A stretch of 64,000 bases of DNA from Pseudomonadota bacterium. GTDB lineage: Bacteria > Desulfobacterota > JAPLJL01. The stretch is from contig JAPLJI010000057.1 in NCBI GenBank assembly GCA_026388655.1, forward strand, positions 3,604 through 67,603, in the 5' to 3' direction. A program made the position numbers and the translations under genes. Each line of letters starts with the position of its first letter. Position 1 is the first letter of the stretch. Below the pieces are notes generated by a model, which worked only from the letters and a program-made list of their open reading frames with translations, did not search any database and was not told the DNA's origin. Below, piece after piece: positions 1-9,891 of the stretch.

Positions 1-175
<175 letters not shown>

Positions 176-328
176 TTATCTGGTCTACCTGGTCTATCTG
201 GTCTGTCATTTTAATTGACGAATGACGATTTTAGATTGACGATTCAATTTTTTTGCATTCGTCAATCGTCATTTCTTATGATTTCTTTGGTTTTCACTCC
301 GCAATCCGCAATCTACAATCCGCAATCG

Positions 329-1318
329 TCATTTCTTCTTTGCCCTGACCACCCGGTCCCTTCCGGAAAGATCCGGCAGGATCATTATTTCTTCATACCC
401 TCCGGTTCGGGCCAGGATTTCCTCTACCGCCCGGGCCTGGTTATCCCCAATCTCCATCAGTAAAAACCCCGGGGTTTTGAGAAATTGAAATCCTTTTTCC
501 GCCACCCGGCGGATGACCCCGAGACCATCCTCCCCCCCATCCAGCGCCAACCGGGGTTCGCCGTTGGCAACCTCCGGGGCCAGGGTCGGGATCACGGCGC
601 TCGGAATGTAGGGTGGGTTGCATACCAGGAGATCAAAAAATCCGTGATATTGCTCCAGGGGCGCGAAAAGATCACCCGCTAAAAACTGGATTCTGTCTTC
701 GAGTTTGAGGCGGCGGGCATTCCCGGCCGCGATCCGGAGAGCTTCGGGAGACAGATCCGTGGCCCAGGCCCGGGCCTCCCGGATTTCCGTCAGAAGGGCC
801 AGGGCGACCGCTCCCGAACCCGTCCCCAAATCCAGGAAATTCAGTTCCGAGTTTCGAGTTTCGGGTTTCGGGTTCGGACGGGAAGAAGATTTTTCCATTC
901 CGCAATCCCTCCGGGCCGTAAGCCCTACTGGGCCGGAGGCCGCATTCCGTTTACCCTGATCGAAGTCGAAGGGCAATCCGCATTCTCTTGCCAGCCGGAT
1001 CGCTTCCTCCACCAACAGCTCGGTTTCCGGCCGCGGGATTAATACCCCGGGGGCTACCCGGATCGGGAGGGACCAGAACTCCCGCTCCCCCAGGAGGTAA
1101 AAAAGCGGTTCCCGTTCCCCCCTGCTCCGGATCAATTCCCGGTATTTCTTCTCTTCCGCCGGCGCGACCGGGGCCTCCCGGTCTCGGTAAAATTCCGCCC
1201 GGGCGATTCCGCCCGCCGAAAGGAAAAGCAACTCGGCCTCGACCCCGGAGCCGGGAATCCCCCGCCCTTCGAGATATTCCTTCCCCCATTCCACCAGGGC
1301 GCTGCGAGTTATCTTCAT
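329..1318 (-). CDS. prmC: Release-factor glutamine N5-methyltransferase PrmC/HemK, carrying an in-frame ~45-aa insertion encoded by a repeat element
   Basis: 329-aa ORF containing the PRPETE, DLGTGSGAVALAL and NPPY motifs, located immediately upstream of prfA as in many bacteria. The segment between the TELLVEEA motif and the DLGTGSG motif is ~40 aa longer than in E. coli PrmC. Confidence 0.85.
   Translation of the reverse strand: MKITRSALVEWGKEYLEGRGIPGSGVEAELLFLSAGGIARAEFYRDREAPVAPAEEKKYRELIRSRGEREPLFYLLGEREFWSLPIRVAPGVLIPRPETELLVEEAIRLARECGLPFDFDQGKRNAASGPVGLTARRDCGMEKSSSRPNPKPETRNSELNFLDLGTGSGAVALALLTEIREARAWATDLSPEALRIAAGNARRLKLEDRIQFLAGDLFAPLEQYHGFFDLLVCNPPYIPSAVIPTLAPEVANGEPRLALDGGEDGLGVIRRVAEKGFQFLKTPGFLLMEIGDNQARAVEEILARTGGYEEIMILPDLSGRDRVVRAKKK
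845..950. repeat. MITE/REP-like element copy inside the prmC reading frame, carrying a (GTTTCGRG)n array and a CCGCAATCCCTCCGGGCCG box
   Basis: The same composite motifs occur in the intergenic spacers at 7171-7330, 10884-11198 and 47808-48020. Here they are translated in-frame as part of PrmC. Confidence 0.7.
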
Positions 1319-1501
1319 CTGGTAAGTTTATAAATTATCGGGCGATTCTCAAACTTGACCAGGCGAGAAACGCGGGAAAAGTCCTTCGGCTTCGCTTCCC
1401 TCGACCCCGAACGGGTCTTCGGGACTAGAACCCCGGAGGGGCAGGATAAATGGTACAGGTGGGACACGCAGGATATAAAAGAAAAAATGAAGCCGAGCGA
1501 T

Positions 1502-2599
1502 TTATTGCCCGGGCATGGTCTGCAGGATAGATTCCGCGGCCTGGGTCTGGAAATGGGCGATCGCCCCTTCCACCAGCTCATCCAGTTCCCCGTCGAGGAC
1601 GCCTTCCAGGTTGTGCCGGCTCATCCCGATCCGGTGATCGGTGACCCGGCTCTGGGGAAAGTTGTAGGTCCGGATCTTTTCGCTGCGGTCCCCGGTTCCC
1701 ACCTGGGTCCGGCGGGCCTGGGAAATTTCCTTTTCCTGTTCCTGGCGATAGCGATCCATCAGCCGCGCCCGCAGGACCCGCATCCCCTTGGCCCGGTTCT
1801 TATGCTGGGATTTTTCGTCCTGGCACTGAACCACGATCCCGGTGGGCAGGTGGGTGATCCGGATCGCCGACTCCACCTTGTTGACGTTCTGGCCCCCGGG
1901 TCCCGAGGCCCGGAAGGAATCCACCCGGACCTCCTCTGGCTTGATTTCCACCTCCACCTCCTCAGCCTCCGGCAGGACCGCCACCGTGGCCGTGGAGGTA
2001 TGGATCCGTCCCGAGGCTTCCGTCGCCGGCACCCGCTGCACCCGGTGCACCCCGCTCTCGTACTGGAGGCGCCGGAAAGCCCCCTTGCCCTCCACCAGGG
2101 CGATGATCTCCTTCAAGCCCCCGGTGCCGGTCTGGCTCTTGCTCATCACCTCCACCCGGAAGCCTTTCCTTTCGGAGTACCGCGAATACATCCGGAAAAG
2201 ATCCGCTACGAACAGGGCCGCCTCGTCTCCGCCCGCGCCGGCCCGGATCTCGATAATTATATTCTTCTCGTCCCGGGGATCCCGGGGCACCAGGAGCGCC
2301 TGGATTTTTCCCTCGAGGCCCTTCTCCCGGTCCCTCAGGGTCTGCAATTCCTCCTGGACCAGCTCTTTCAACTCGGGATCACCCTCGGCAAACAGCTCCT
2401 CGTTCTTTTTCTTCTCGGCCTCCACCTTCCGCCACTCCCGGTAGGCCTGAGCAAGTTCCTCGATCTCCCGCCGCTCCGAGACGATCTTTTTGGTCTCCGG
2501 GGGGTTCTTTAAAACCGCCGGGTCCTGCAGCTTCCGGGAAAGCTCGTCGTAATGGGACCCGAGCTTCTCGAGGTAATCTAAGGTTTTGGAGTTCAGCAT
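1502..2599 (-). CDS. prfA: Peptide chain release factor 1
   Basis: 365-aa ORF with the GGQ motif ([37 protein letters not shown]), typical of RF1 and of RF1 length. Confidence 0.9.
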   Translation of the reverse strand: MLNSKTLDYLEKLGSHYDELSRKLQDPAVLKNPPETKKIVSERREIEELAQAYREWRKVEAEKKKNEELFAEGDPELKELVQEELQTLRDREKGLEGKIQALLVPRDPRDEKNIIIEIRAGAGGDEAALFVADLFRMYSRYSERKGFRVEVMSKSQTGTGGLKEIIALVEGKGAFRRLQYESGVHRVQRVPATEASGRIHTSTATVAVLPEAEEVEVEIKPEEVRVDSFRASGPGGQNVNKVESAIRITHLPTGIVVQCQDEKSQHKNRAKGMRVLRARLMDRYRQEQEKEISQARRTQVGTGDRSEKIRTYNFPQSRVTDHRIGMSRHNLEGVLDGELDELVEGAIAHFQTQAAESILQTMPGQ

Positions 2600-2683
2600 C
2601 CGGTTAATAAGCCGGTCCCCTCCTGGCCCGGAAGCTCGGACCCGTCGGGGCCCCGCTCTCTCCGAGGGCTGGGATCAGCCTGG

Positions 2684-2953
2684 TTACTTCGCCTTGGCGG
2701 ATTTGACGGATTTGACGGATTTGGCGGCTTTGGCGGAGCGGGCGTCCTGGGCGGCCTGCGAGTAGCGGCGCTGGAAGCGTTCCACCTTTCCGGCCGAGTC
2801 GATCAGCTTCTGCTTTCCGGTAAAGAACGGATGGCAGTTGGAACAGATGTCAATTTTGATTTCCCCTCCCCGGGTAGAGCGGGTTTCGATCCTGTTCCCG
2901 CAGGCGCAGAGAAATCGAGTGGGTTTATATTCCGGGTGAATTTCCTTTTGCAA
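2684..2953 (-). CDS. rpmE: 50S ribosomal protein L31 (zinc-ribbon type) with a repeat-encoded Lys/Ala-rich C-terminal tail
   Basis: The N-terminus reads MQKEIHPEY, with CxC...CSNCHPFFTG. The tail AKAAKSVKSVKSAKAK is encoded by ggatttgac tandem repeats at 2690-2730. Confidence 0.85.
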   Translation of the reverse strand: MQKEIHPEYKPTRFLCACGNRIETRSTRGGEIKIDICSNCHPFFTGKQKLIDSAGKVERFQRRYSQAAQDARSAKAAKSVKSVKSAKAK

Positions 2954-2963
2954 TTTTCCTCTC

Positions 2964-4298
2964 CTATTTATTCATGGACTCGATAAAATCGGCGTTGGTC
3001 TTGGTTCCCTGCATTTTATCCAGCATAAATTCCATCGCTTCGATCGGGGGCATCGGCTGCAGGATCTTCCGGAGAATATAGAGCCGGTTCAGGACTTCCT
3101 TGGTGAGGATCAATTCTTCCTTCCGGGTGCCGGAGCGGTTGATGTCGATCGCGGGGAAGATCCGCCGGTCGGCCAGGCGCCGATCCAGGACGATTTCCAT
3201 GTTGCCGGTGCCCTTGAACTCTTCAAAAATTACTTCGTCCATCTTGGACCCGGTTTCCACCAGGGCGGTGGCGATGATGGTCAGGCTACCCCCGTCCTCG
3301 ATATTCCGAGCGGCCCCGAAAAACCGCTTGGGGCGGTGGAGGGCGTTGGAATCCACCCCGCCGGAGAGCACCTTCCCGCTGGGAGGTACCACCGAGTTGT
3401 AAGCCCGGGCCAGCCGGGTGATGGAATCCAGCAAGATGACCACGTCTTTCTTGTGCTCGATCTGGCGCTTGGCCTTATCGAGCACCATCTCGGCCACCTG
3501 CACGTGCCGGGAAGCCGTTTCGTCAAACGTTGAGCTGATCACCTCGCCCTTGACCGAGCGCTGCATGTCGGTCACCTCCTCCGGCCGCTCGTCGATCAGT
3601 AAAACGATGAGCACGATCTCCGGGTGGTTGGCGGTGATGGAGTTGGCGATCGCCTGGAGGATCATGGTTTTCCCGGCCCGGGGCGGCGAGACGATCAGGC
3701 CCCGCTGGCCTTTGCCGATGGGGGTCAGGAGATCCATGATCCGCATGGTATAGTTTTTGGGTTCAAACTCGAGCTTGATCCGCTCGTTGGGATAGAGGGG
3801 GGTAAGGTTGTCGAAGAGCACCCGGTCGCGGACCGCTTCCGGGTCTTCGAGGTTAACTGCCTCGACCTTCAGCAGGGCGAAGTAGCGTTCCCCTTCCTTG
3901 GGGGGACGGACCTGCCCGGCCACGTTATCCCCGGTGCGGAGATCAAACCGGCGGATCTGGGAGGGGGAGACGTAAATGTCATCCGGGCCGGCCAGGTAGC
4001 TGTAGATCTGGGAGCGGAGGAACCCGAAACCGTCGGGCAGGATCTCCAGGACCCCGTCTCCGTAAATCAGGCCGTTCTGCTCGGCCTTGGCCTGGAGGAG
4101 GGAGAAAATCAAATCCTGTTTCCTCTGCCCGCTCGCCCCTTCCAGGTTCAAATCGCGGGCCAGGGACACCAGTTCCGACATCTTCATCAACTTCAATTCC
4201 CGTAGATTCAATTCCTTGTCGGAGTTGTTCTTTTTCCCTTTCCCCGTCCCTTTTTCCGACTCGATTACCTCAGTCTGCCCCTGAACCTGGGTTCCCAT
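2964..4298 (-). CDS. rho: Transcription termination factor Rho
   Basis: 444-aa ORF with the Walker A motif PPRAGKT, an OB-fold RNA-binding N-terminal domain, and the conserved Rho C-terminal RecA-like domain. Confidence 0.9.
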   Translation of the reverse strand: MGTQVQGQTEVIESEKGTGKGKKNNSDKELNLRELKLMKMSELVSLARDLNLEGASGQRKQDLIFSLLQAKAEQNGLIYGDGVLEILPDGFGFLRSQIYSYLAGPDDIYVSPSQIRRFDLRTGDNVAGQVRPPKEGERYFALLKVEAVNLEDPEAVRDRVLFDNLTPLYPNERIKLEFEPKNYTMRIMDLLTPIGKGQRGLIVSPPRAGKTMILQAIANSITANHPEIVLIVLLIDERPEEVTDMQRSVKGEVISSTFDETASRHVQVAEMVLDKAKRQIEHKKDVVILLDSITRLARAYNSVVPPSGKVLSGGVDSNALHRPKRFFGAARNIEDGGSLTIIATALVETGSKMDEVIFEEFKGTGNMEIVLDRRLADRRIFPAIDINRSGTRKEELILTKEVLNRLYILRKILQPMPPIEAMEFMLDKMQGTKTNADFIESMNK

Positions 4299-4421
4299 TT
4301 CTTCTTTTACCTCCGATTGTTTGGCTAAAAGCCGGGAAGAAAATTAATCTGCAAATTTCCGAGGGATCCTAAAAGATTATCCTTTTTAATCCTGAGGACT
4401 AATTAGATATAAGAACTTATA

Positions 4422-5228
4422 CTACAAATATTTTTCTACCGCAACACTTTGTTCGATCCGGCCCACGAAGGCCACCTGCCGTCCGCCTTTTCCGCCTTCC
4501 CTTCGCGCGGAATAAAAATGATCATCCCGACAAAAGGTACAAAGAGAAATGGCAAAGATTTGATCCGCGGGAACCCCGGCGGCCCGGAGCTGGGATTGGT
4601 TGGCCCGGATCAGATCCAACCGGAGCGAACCATCCGGTGCCAGATTTATATAATCGTCCGCATCGGAAAAGTCAACCCGGAAAGCCTCCTGGACATCGGG
4701 GCCGACCTGGTAACAGCACGAGCCGATCGCCGGCCCCATCCCCACCCAGAGGTCCTCCGGGGCCAGGCGGTACCGCTCTTTCCCCGCCGCGATGAGCCTT
4801 GCCACGATCCGGGCCCGCGTCCCGCGCCAGCCGGCATGGGCGATCCCCACCACCCCCTTTTCCGGGGCCAGGAAGATCACCGGCAGGCAGTCGGCCACCC
4901 GGATGGCCAGGATCACCCCGGGCGCGCCGGTGATCATCCCGTCCCCGGGAACCTGCTTGTCTTCGGTAATCCCCTCCGGGGAGAACCCCGCCCCGGTTTC
5001 CTCCACCGCGATGATCCGGTCTCCGTGAACCTGTTTCAGGAAAAGCGGGGAATATCCACCCACCTTCAGTTTTCCCGCCTCTTCAACCTTGCGGGTAAAA
5101 CCGTGGACAAAACCCGGGAAACGGGAAAACCCGGTGAGGCGGAAAAACCCCGCGGGCGACAGTTCCGCCCCGGGAAAAAGCTCGCGATCATTTTGAGCTA
5201 TCTTTGGTTTAACACAAATTGAAGGCAT
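4422..5228 (-). CDS. pgeF: YfiH/PgeF-family (DUF152) purine nucleoside phosphorylase / peptidoglycan editing factor
   Basis: Contains VADCLPV, HAGWRG and GxCCYxVG, the catalytic His/Cys/His constellation of the family. The exact start is uncertain. Confidence 0.75.
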   Translation of the reverse strand: MPSICVKPKIAQNDRELFPGAELSPAGFFRLTGFSRFPGFVHGFTRKVEEAGKLKVGGYSPLFLKQVHGDRIIAVEETGAGFSPEGITEDKQVPGDGMITGAPGVILAIRVADCLPVIFLAPEKGVVGIAHAGWRGTRARIVARLIAAGKERYRLAPEDLWVGMGPAIGSCCYQVGPDVQEAFRVDFSDADDYINLAPDGSLRLDLIRANQSQLRAAGVPADQIFAISLCTFCRDDHFYSARREGGKGGRQVAFVGRIEQSVAVEKYL

Positions 5229-5309
5229 TGAATTGAATGATATGGGAGGGAAAATTTATTAATTGATCGTGGTTGGGCTTTCCCATCTCGGACAAAATAC
5301 CTCATTCTT

Positions 5310-6353
5310 TCATCTCGCCGCCGACAATTGTTTGACCAGCTCGGCAAACGAATCAGGCAGGGGCTCCTGCAGGGAAAGCGTCTTCCCCGAGATCGGGTGC
5401 TTGAATTCCAGGGCGTAGGCGTGCAGGGCGAACCCCGGCAACATTATAAGCGCCCCCTGAATCCCCGGGGCAATGGAACCCGGAAGATTCCGAGCCCGCC
5501 CATAGACCAGGTCCCCCACCACCGGGTGCTTGAGCGCGGCCAGATGCACCCGGATCTGGTGGGTCCGGCCGGTCTCCGGAAAAACCCGGAGCAGGGTAAA
5601 CCCCTTAAACCTCTCCAAGACCCGGACCCGGGTGACCGCTTCCCGGCTCTTGAGCCCACCCACGGCCATTTTTTTCCGATCATTAGGGTTGCGCCCGATC
5701 GCCCCCTCGAGTTTCAGCTCGTCCCGATTAAACTCGCCCCAAACCAGGGCCCGGTATTCCTTCTTCACCCGCCGCTCCTGGAAATCGCGGGAAAGGGTTC
5801 GCTGGGTAAACTCATCCTTGGCCACGAGGAGGAGTCCCGAGGTGTCGCGGTCCAAACGGTGGACTATCCCCGGCCGGTCCGATCCGATCGCCTCCGGCAG
5901 TTTCTGGTAGCGATAAAGGAGAGCATTAGCCAAGGTGCCCCCGGACCGGCCCGCCCCGGGATGAACCACCAGCCCCGCCGGCTTGTTGACCACTAAAAGA
6001 TGCTGATCCTCATAAACCACCTCGAGCGGGATCGGCTCGGGGGCAAGCTTCCCCCTCCCCGGCTCCTCCGGTTTCCTCCAGTCCAGAATTTCCAGGCTTT
6101 CCCCGGCGGAAAGGCGGGTCCCGACCTTGAGCCCCCGGCCTTCTCCGCGGATGATTTTTCCCCCCACGATCAGTCCCTGGATCCGGGTGCGGGAAAGCTC
6201 GGGGAAACGGCGGGCCAGGATGATATCCGCCCGCTCCCCGGCTTCTTCCGGATTAATTTTCAAAACCTGGGGACCGACCTTTAATTCCTCGGGCTTCATT
6301 CCGTTTATCCTGCTTGTCCCGCGCGAAGCGGCGGGGAGCTTGTCGAAGGGCAT
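5310..6353 (-). CDS. rluD: 23S rRNA pseudouridine synthase, RluA/RluD family
   Basis: S4-like N-terminal region followed by the HRLDRDTSGLLLVAKD catalytic motif. Confidence 0.8.
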   Translation of the reverse strand: MPFDKLPAASRGTSRINGMKPEELKVGPQVLKINPEEAGERADIILARRFPELSRTRIQGLIVGGKIIRGEGRGLKVGTRLSAGESLEILDWRKPEEPGRGKLAPEPIPLEVVYEDQHLLVVNKPAGLVVHPGAGRSGGTLANALLYRYQKLPEAIGSDRPGIVHRLDRDTSGLLLVAKDEFTQRTLSRDFQERRVKKEYRALVWGEFNRDELKLEGAIGRNPNDRKKMAVGGLKSREAVTRVRVLERFKGFTLLRVFPETGRTHQIRVHLAALKHPVVGDLVYGRARNLPGSIAPGIQGALIMLPGFALHAYALEFKHPISGKTLSLQEPLPDSFAELVKQLSAAR

Positions 6354-6372
6354 TCCGAATTCCGCATTATTC

Positions 6373-7149
6373 TTATTCTTCTAATTTAAAAAGCCGATTC
6401 GCGTTTTCCGTGGTCACCCGGGCCACTTCCTCCACCGGGACGGAGAGAATCCGGCCGATCTCCTCGGCCACCCAGGGAATATAAGCCGGCTCATTCCGGG
6501 TGCCCCGTTTCGGCTGGGGCGTTAAAAATGGGCAGTCGGTCTCGAGCAGAAGACGGGAAAGCCCCATTTCCCGGATCACGCCCCTAAGCTTCTCCGACCT
6601 GGGATAGGTTACCGCCCCGGTAATCCCCAGCCAGAAATTGAGTTCCACGTACTCGCGGGCCTCCGGCATTCCCCCGGAAAAACAATGGATCACCCCCCGA
6701 AGACCGCCGGACCGTGCGCGCTTTAAAACCTCCAGCGTTTCCGGGTGCGCCTCGCGGCAGTGGATGGAAACCGGCCTGCCGGTCTGGAGGGCCAGCTCCA
6801 GCTGGGCCTCGAAAGCCCGGAACTGCTCCCGGCGGGGGGAGAGGTTGCGGTAGAAATCGAGCCCGCATTCGCCCACCGCCACCACCCGGGGCGCCTGGAG
6901 CAGGGCGCGCAGTTCGGAGAGGGCGGCCGGGCTGAATTCCCGGGCCTCGTGGGGATGAAGCCCGACGGTGGCGAAAATCCCCGGGGTCCCCCGGGCCAGT
7001 TCCACCGCCTCCGGGTTCCCTTCCATCCCCTTCCCGGCCCCCACCACGATCATCCGGGTGACCCCCTGCTTCCGGCTGCGCTCCAACACCGCCGGAAGGT
7101 CGGACGCGAAATCCGGGAAATTCAGATGGGCGTGGGTATCTATGAACAT
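6373..7149 (-). CDS. tatD: TatD-family metal-dependent hydrolase/DNase
   Basis: MFIDTHAHLNFPDF N-terminus and a 258-aa TIM-barrel TatD pattern. Confidence 0.85.
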   Translation of the reverse strand: MFIDTHAHLNFPDFASDLPAVLERSRKQGVTRMIVVGAGKGMEGNPEAVELARGTPGIFATVGLHPHEAREFSPAALSELRALLQAPRVVAVGECGLDFYRNLSPRREQFRAFEAQLELALQTGRPVSIHCREAHPETLEVLKRARSGGLRGVIHCFSGGMPEAREYVELNFWLGITGAVTYPRSEKLRGVIREMGLSRLLLETDCPFLTPQPKRGTRNEPAYIPWVAEEIGRILSVPVEEVARVTTENANRLFKLEE

Positions 7150-7170
7150 GGGGGAAAAATAAGTTTATAG

Positions 7171-7330
7171 TTTCAGGTTTATGGTTTCGAGTTAAAGGAC
7201 GGAAAGCATAAACTGAAAAAAAGGGTTGAGGGTTCGGAGAAAAATTTACGGTTTTGCTTTTGAGGTCGTGGGTTTCTGGCCTCCCCTTCTGAGTTTCTGA
7301 ACCCGAAACCCGAAACTCGAAACTTCAAAC
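7171..7330. repeat. MITE-like element with (GTTTCGAGTT)-type terminal inverted repeats in the tatD-metG spacer
   Basis: tttcaggtttatggtttcgagtt at the left end and gagtttctgaacccgaaacccgaaactcgaaac at the right end are mutually inverted. No ORF lies within. Confidence 0.6.
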
Positions 7331-7335
7331 ATTTT

Positions 7336-8862
7336 TTATTCTATCCTCGGGAAAAGCGCTCGACCCCGCTGGACCCGGCCGGGAGGCCAGGAAACCCGCC
7401 ATTCCGAGAGGGAAGAAAATCCATCGTTCCACTCGCTCCCGGCGATCCCCAGCTGCTTCCGCATCTCCACCCCGGAATCGGGGAGGAAGGGGGAAACGAA
7501 CAGGGTGATCCAGCGCAGGGACTCCAGGCTGGCGAAAAGCACCGTGTCCAGCCGGCCTTTCTTTTCCGGATCCTTGGCCAGGTTCCAGGGGGCGGCCCGG
7601 TCCAGGTAGCGGTTCACCGCTCCGACAAATTCCCAGACCGCGATTAAAGCCGACTGGAAGGCCAGCTCCGGGAGCAGGCGGTGATATTCCTCCCGGGCTT
7701 TTTCCGCCGCCGCGATCAGGGTCTTCTCCTCCGGACCGGTGTCGGCCGGGGGATACTCCCCGCCGCGGTAGCGCACCACCATGGCCAGGATCCGGGAAAA
7801 GAGGTTTCCCAGGTCGTTGGCGAGGTCGGAATTGATCCGGCCCACTAGGGCCGCCTGAGAATAGTCCCCGTCCAGCCCGAAGGGAACCTCCCGGAGGAGA
7901 AAATAGCGGAAAGCATCCACCCCGAAACGATCGGCCACCTCCCCCGGGTCCACCACGTTCCCGAGCGATTTGCTCATTTTCTTGCCCTCCACCGTCCACC
8001 AGCCGTGGGCAAAAACCCGGCGGGGCAGCGGGAGCCCGACCGACATCAGAAAGGCCGGCCAGTAAACCGCGTGGAAGCGGAGGATATCCTTCCCGATCAC
8101 GTGCAGGTCCGCCGGCCAGAACCGGGAGAAGCGGGAATCCTCCTCCGGAAACCCCGCCCCGGTCAGGTAATTGGTCAGGGCGTCAAACCAGACATAAATG
8201 ATATGGCCGGGGTCGTCCGGAACCGGGATTCCCCAGCGGAAAGTCGTCCGGGAGACGGAGAGATCCCGGAGACCGCCCTGGACGAAGCTCAGGATCTCGT
8301 TTCTCCGGGTCGGGGGAGAAATAAATTCCGGGTGACTCTCGATATGCCGGAGCAGTTTTTCCTGGTAACGGCTCATCCGAAAGAAGTAGCTCGCCTCCTT
8401 GAGTTTCTCCAGCGGCCGGCCGCAGTCGGGACAGACCGGTTTTTCTTCCTGGAGCCCGGGGATGAAATTTTCATCGTGGACGCAGTACCAGTCTTCGTAT
8501 TCCCCGAGGTAGATATCCCCGTTGGCCTTCACCCGGCGCCAGATTTCGGCCACCGCCCGGTACTGCCGCTCCTGAGAAGTTCGGATAAAATCATTGTGGG
8601 AAATGCTGAGCTTCCCCCAGAGCTGCCGGAAGCGCTCCACCACCTGGTCGGCCAGCTCGATGGGCTTCAGCCCCCGCTCCCGGGCCGCCCGCTCGATCTT
8701 CTGGCCGTGCTCGTCGGTCCCGGTCAGGAACAGAACCTCCCGTTTGTTCATCCTTTGATAACGGGCCAGGACATCGCAGGCCACCGTTGTGTAGGCATGC
8801 CCAATGTGGGGAACGTCGTTGACGTAATATATCGGCGTGGTTAGATAATATTTTTCCATCAA
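7336..8862 (-). CDS. metG: Methionyl-tRNA synthetase
   Basis: HIGH-type motif (PIYYVNDVPHIGHAYTT), KMSKS (KKMSKSLGNVVDP), and a CPDCGRP zinc knuckle. Confidence 0.9.
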   Translation of the reverse strand: MMEKYYLTTPIYYVNDVPHIGHAYTTVACDVLARYQRMNKREVLFLTGTDEHGQKIERAARERGLKPIELADQVVERFRQLWGKLSISHNDFIRTSQERQYRAVAEIWRRVKANGDIYLGEYEDWYCVHDENFIPGLQEEKPVCPDCGRPLEKLKEASYFFRMSRYQEKLLRHIESHPEFISPPTRRNEILSFVQGGLRDLSVSRTTFRWGIPVPDDPGHIIYVWFDALTNYLTGAGFPEEDSRFSRFWPADLHVIGKDILRFHAVYWPAFLMSVGLPLPRRVFAHGWWTVEGKKMSKSLGNVVDPGEVADRFGVDAFRYFLLREVPFGLDGDYSQAALVGRINSDLANDLGNLFSRILAMVVRYRGGEYPPADTGPEEKTLIAAAEKAREEYHRLLPELAFQSALIAVWEFVGAVNRYLDRAAPWNLAKDPEKKGRLDTVLFASLESLRWITLFVSPFLPDSGVEMRKQLGIAGSEWNDGFSSLSEWRVSWPPGRVQRGRALFPRIE

Positions 8863-9872
8863 GAACCCTTATTCCCCTCCGGGGGCTTTTTCTCTTCTCT
8901 CCTCCGCTCTTCCGGCCTGCGCCCTTCCGGTTTTCTCCTCTCGGGGCGCTTTTCCTCGAGCGCTTCCACCGCCTCTTCCCCCGGAACCGGGGCCTCCCGC
9001 TTGCCCTCCGAGAGGGGACGGATATCCGCGATCGCCACTTCCGCCTCCTCCCCGCTTTCCAGGCGCACCTTCAGGCGGCGGCCAAAAATGTTGCGGGAGA
9101 GCACCTCGGCCCGCCCCTGGGTAACCATCACTCTTTCCCCGATCTGGGGCACCCCCCGGACCAGCTCCTGATAAACCTCCTTCTCGTAGGAGAGGCAGCA
9201 GAGCAGGCGGCCGCAGGGCCCCGAAAGTTTCTGCGGGTTCAGGGGCAGATCCTGCTCCTTGGCCAGCCGGACCGAAACCGGCTCGAACTCGGACAGGAAA
9301 TCCTGGCAGCACAGGATCCGCCCGCACATCCCCACCCCGCCCAGGAGCTTGGCCTCGTCCCGGACCCCGATCTGCTGCATCTCGATCCGGGTGTGGAAGC
9401 GCTGGGCCAGCTGGTGGACCAGTCCCCGGAAATCCACCCGGTCCCGGGCGGTGAAATAGAAAATCATCTTGCTCCCGTCGTAGAAATTCTCCACCTGGAT
9501 CAGTTTCATGGTCAGGCCCATCTCCCGGATCCGTTCCTGGCAATAGCGCAGGGCCTCCTGTTCCCGTTCGGTGTTGCGCACCTCGCGCTCCAGGTCGTCC
9601 TTGTTCACCCGGCGCAGGACCTTTTTCAGCGGCTTTTCCCGCTTGGGTTCCTCCTCGGTTGCGGCCTGGGGCTCGAGCACCACCGTGCCGATGCCCAAAC
9701 CCTTATCGGTCTCGATCAGGACCCGGTCCCCCCGCTTGAGTTCCAGGTCGCTCGCGTCGTAATCGTATATCTGCCCGACCCTCCGGGCCTTGACCTTTAC
9801 TATTCTTTTCGCCACAAGCGTTATTCTCCTCTGTTCAGGTCGGAGAACCCCGACCTTTAATTCAAATATCAA
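8859..9872 (-). CDS. PSP1-domain protein (YaaT/RicT-like) with a charged Glu/Arg/Lys-rich C-terminal tail
   Basis: Paired Cys clusters GMCGRILCC and GPCGRLLCCLSYE are typical of the PSP1 C-terminal domain. It lies between holB and metG, the same position yaaT occupies in Firmicutes. Confidence 0.7.
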   Translation of the reverse strand: MIFELKVGVLRPEQRRITLVAKRIVKVKARRVGQIYDYDASDLELKRGDRVLIETDKGLGIGTVVLEPQAATEEEPKREKPLKKVLRRVNKDDLEREVRNTEREQEALRYCQERIREMGLTMKLIQVENFYDGSKMIFYFTARDRVDFRGLVHQLAQRFHTRIEMQQIGVRDEAKLLGGVGMCGRILCCQDFLSEFEPVSVRLAKEQDLPLNPQKLSGPCGRLLCCLSYEKEVYQELVRGVPQIGERVMVTQGRAEVLSRNIFGRRLKVRLESGEEAEVAIADIRPLSEGKREAPVPGEEAVEALEEKRPERRKPEGRRPEERRREEKKPPEGNKGS

Positions 9873-9891
9873 AAATCAAAAAGGCAACGCA

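Noticed and set aside
1355-2512. 385-aa plus-strand ORF opposite prfA, and 200-aa ORF at 1842-2444
   Set aside because: Antisense to a clearly conserved RF1 gene, and low-complexity.
7325-7999. 224-aa Gly/Arg/Pro-rich ORF overlapping metG in another frame
   Set aside because: Out-of-frame overlap with a highly conserved aaRS gene. Composition is non-protein-like.
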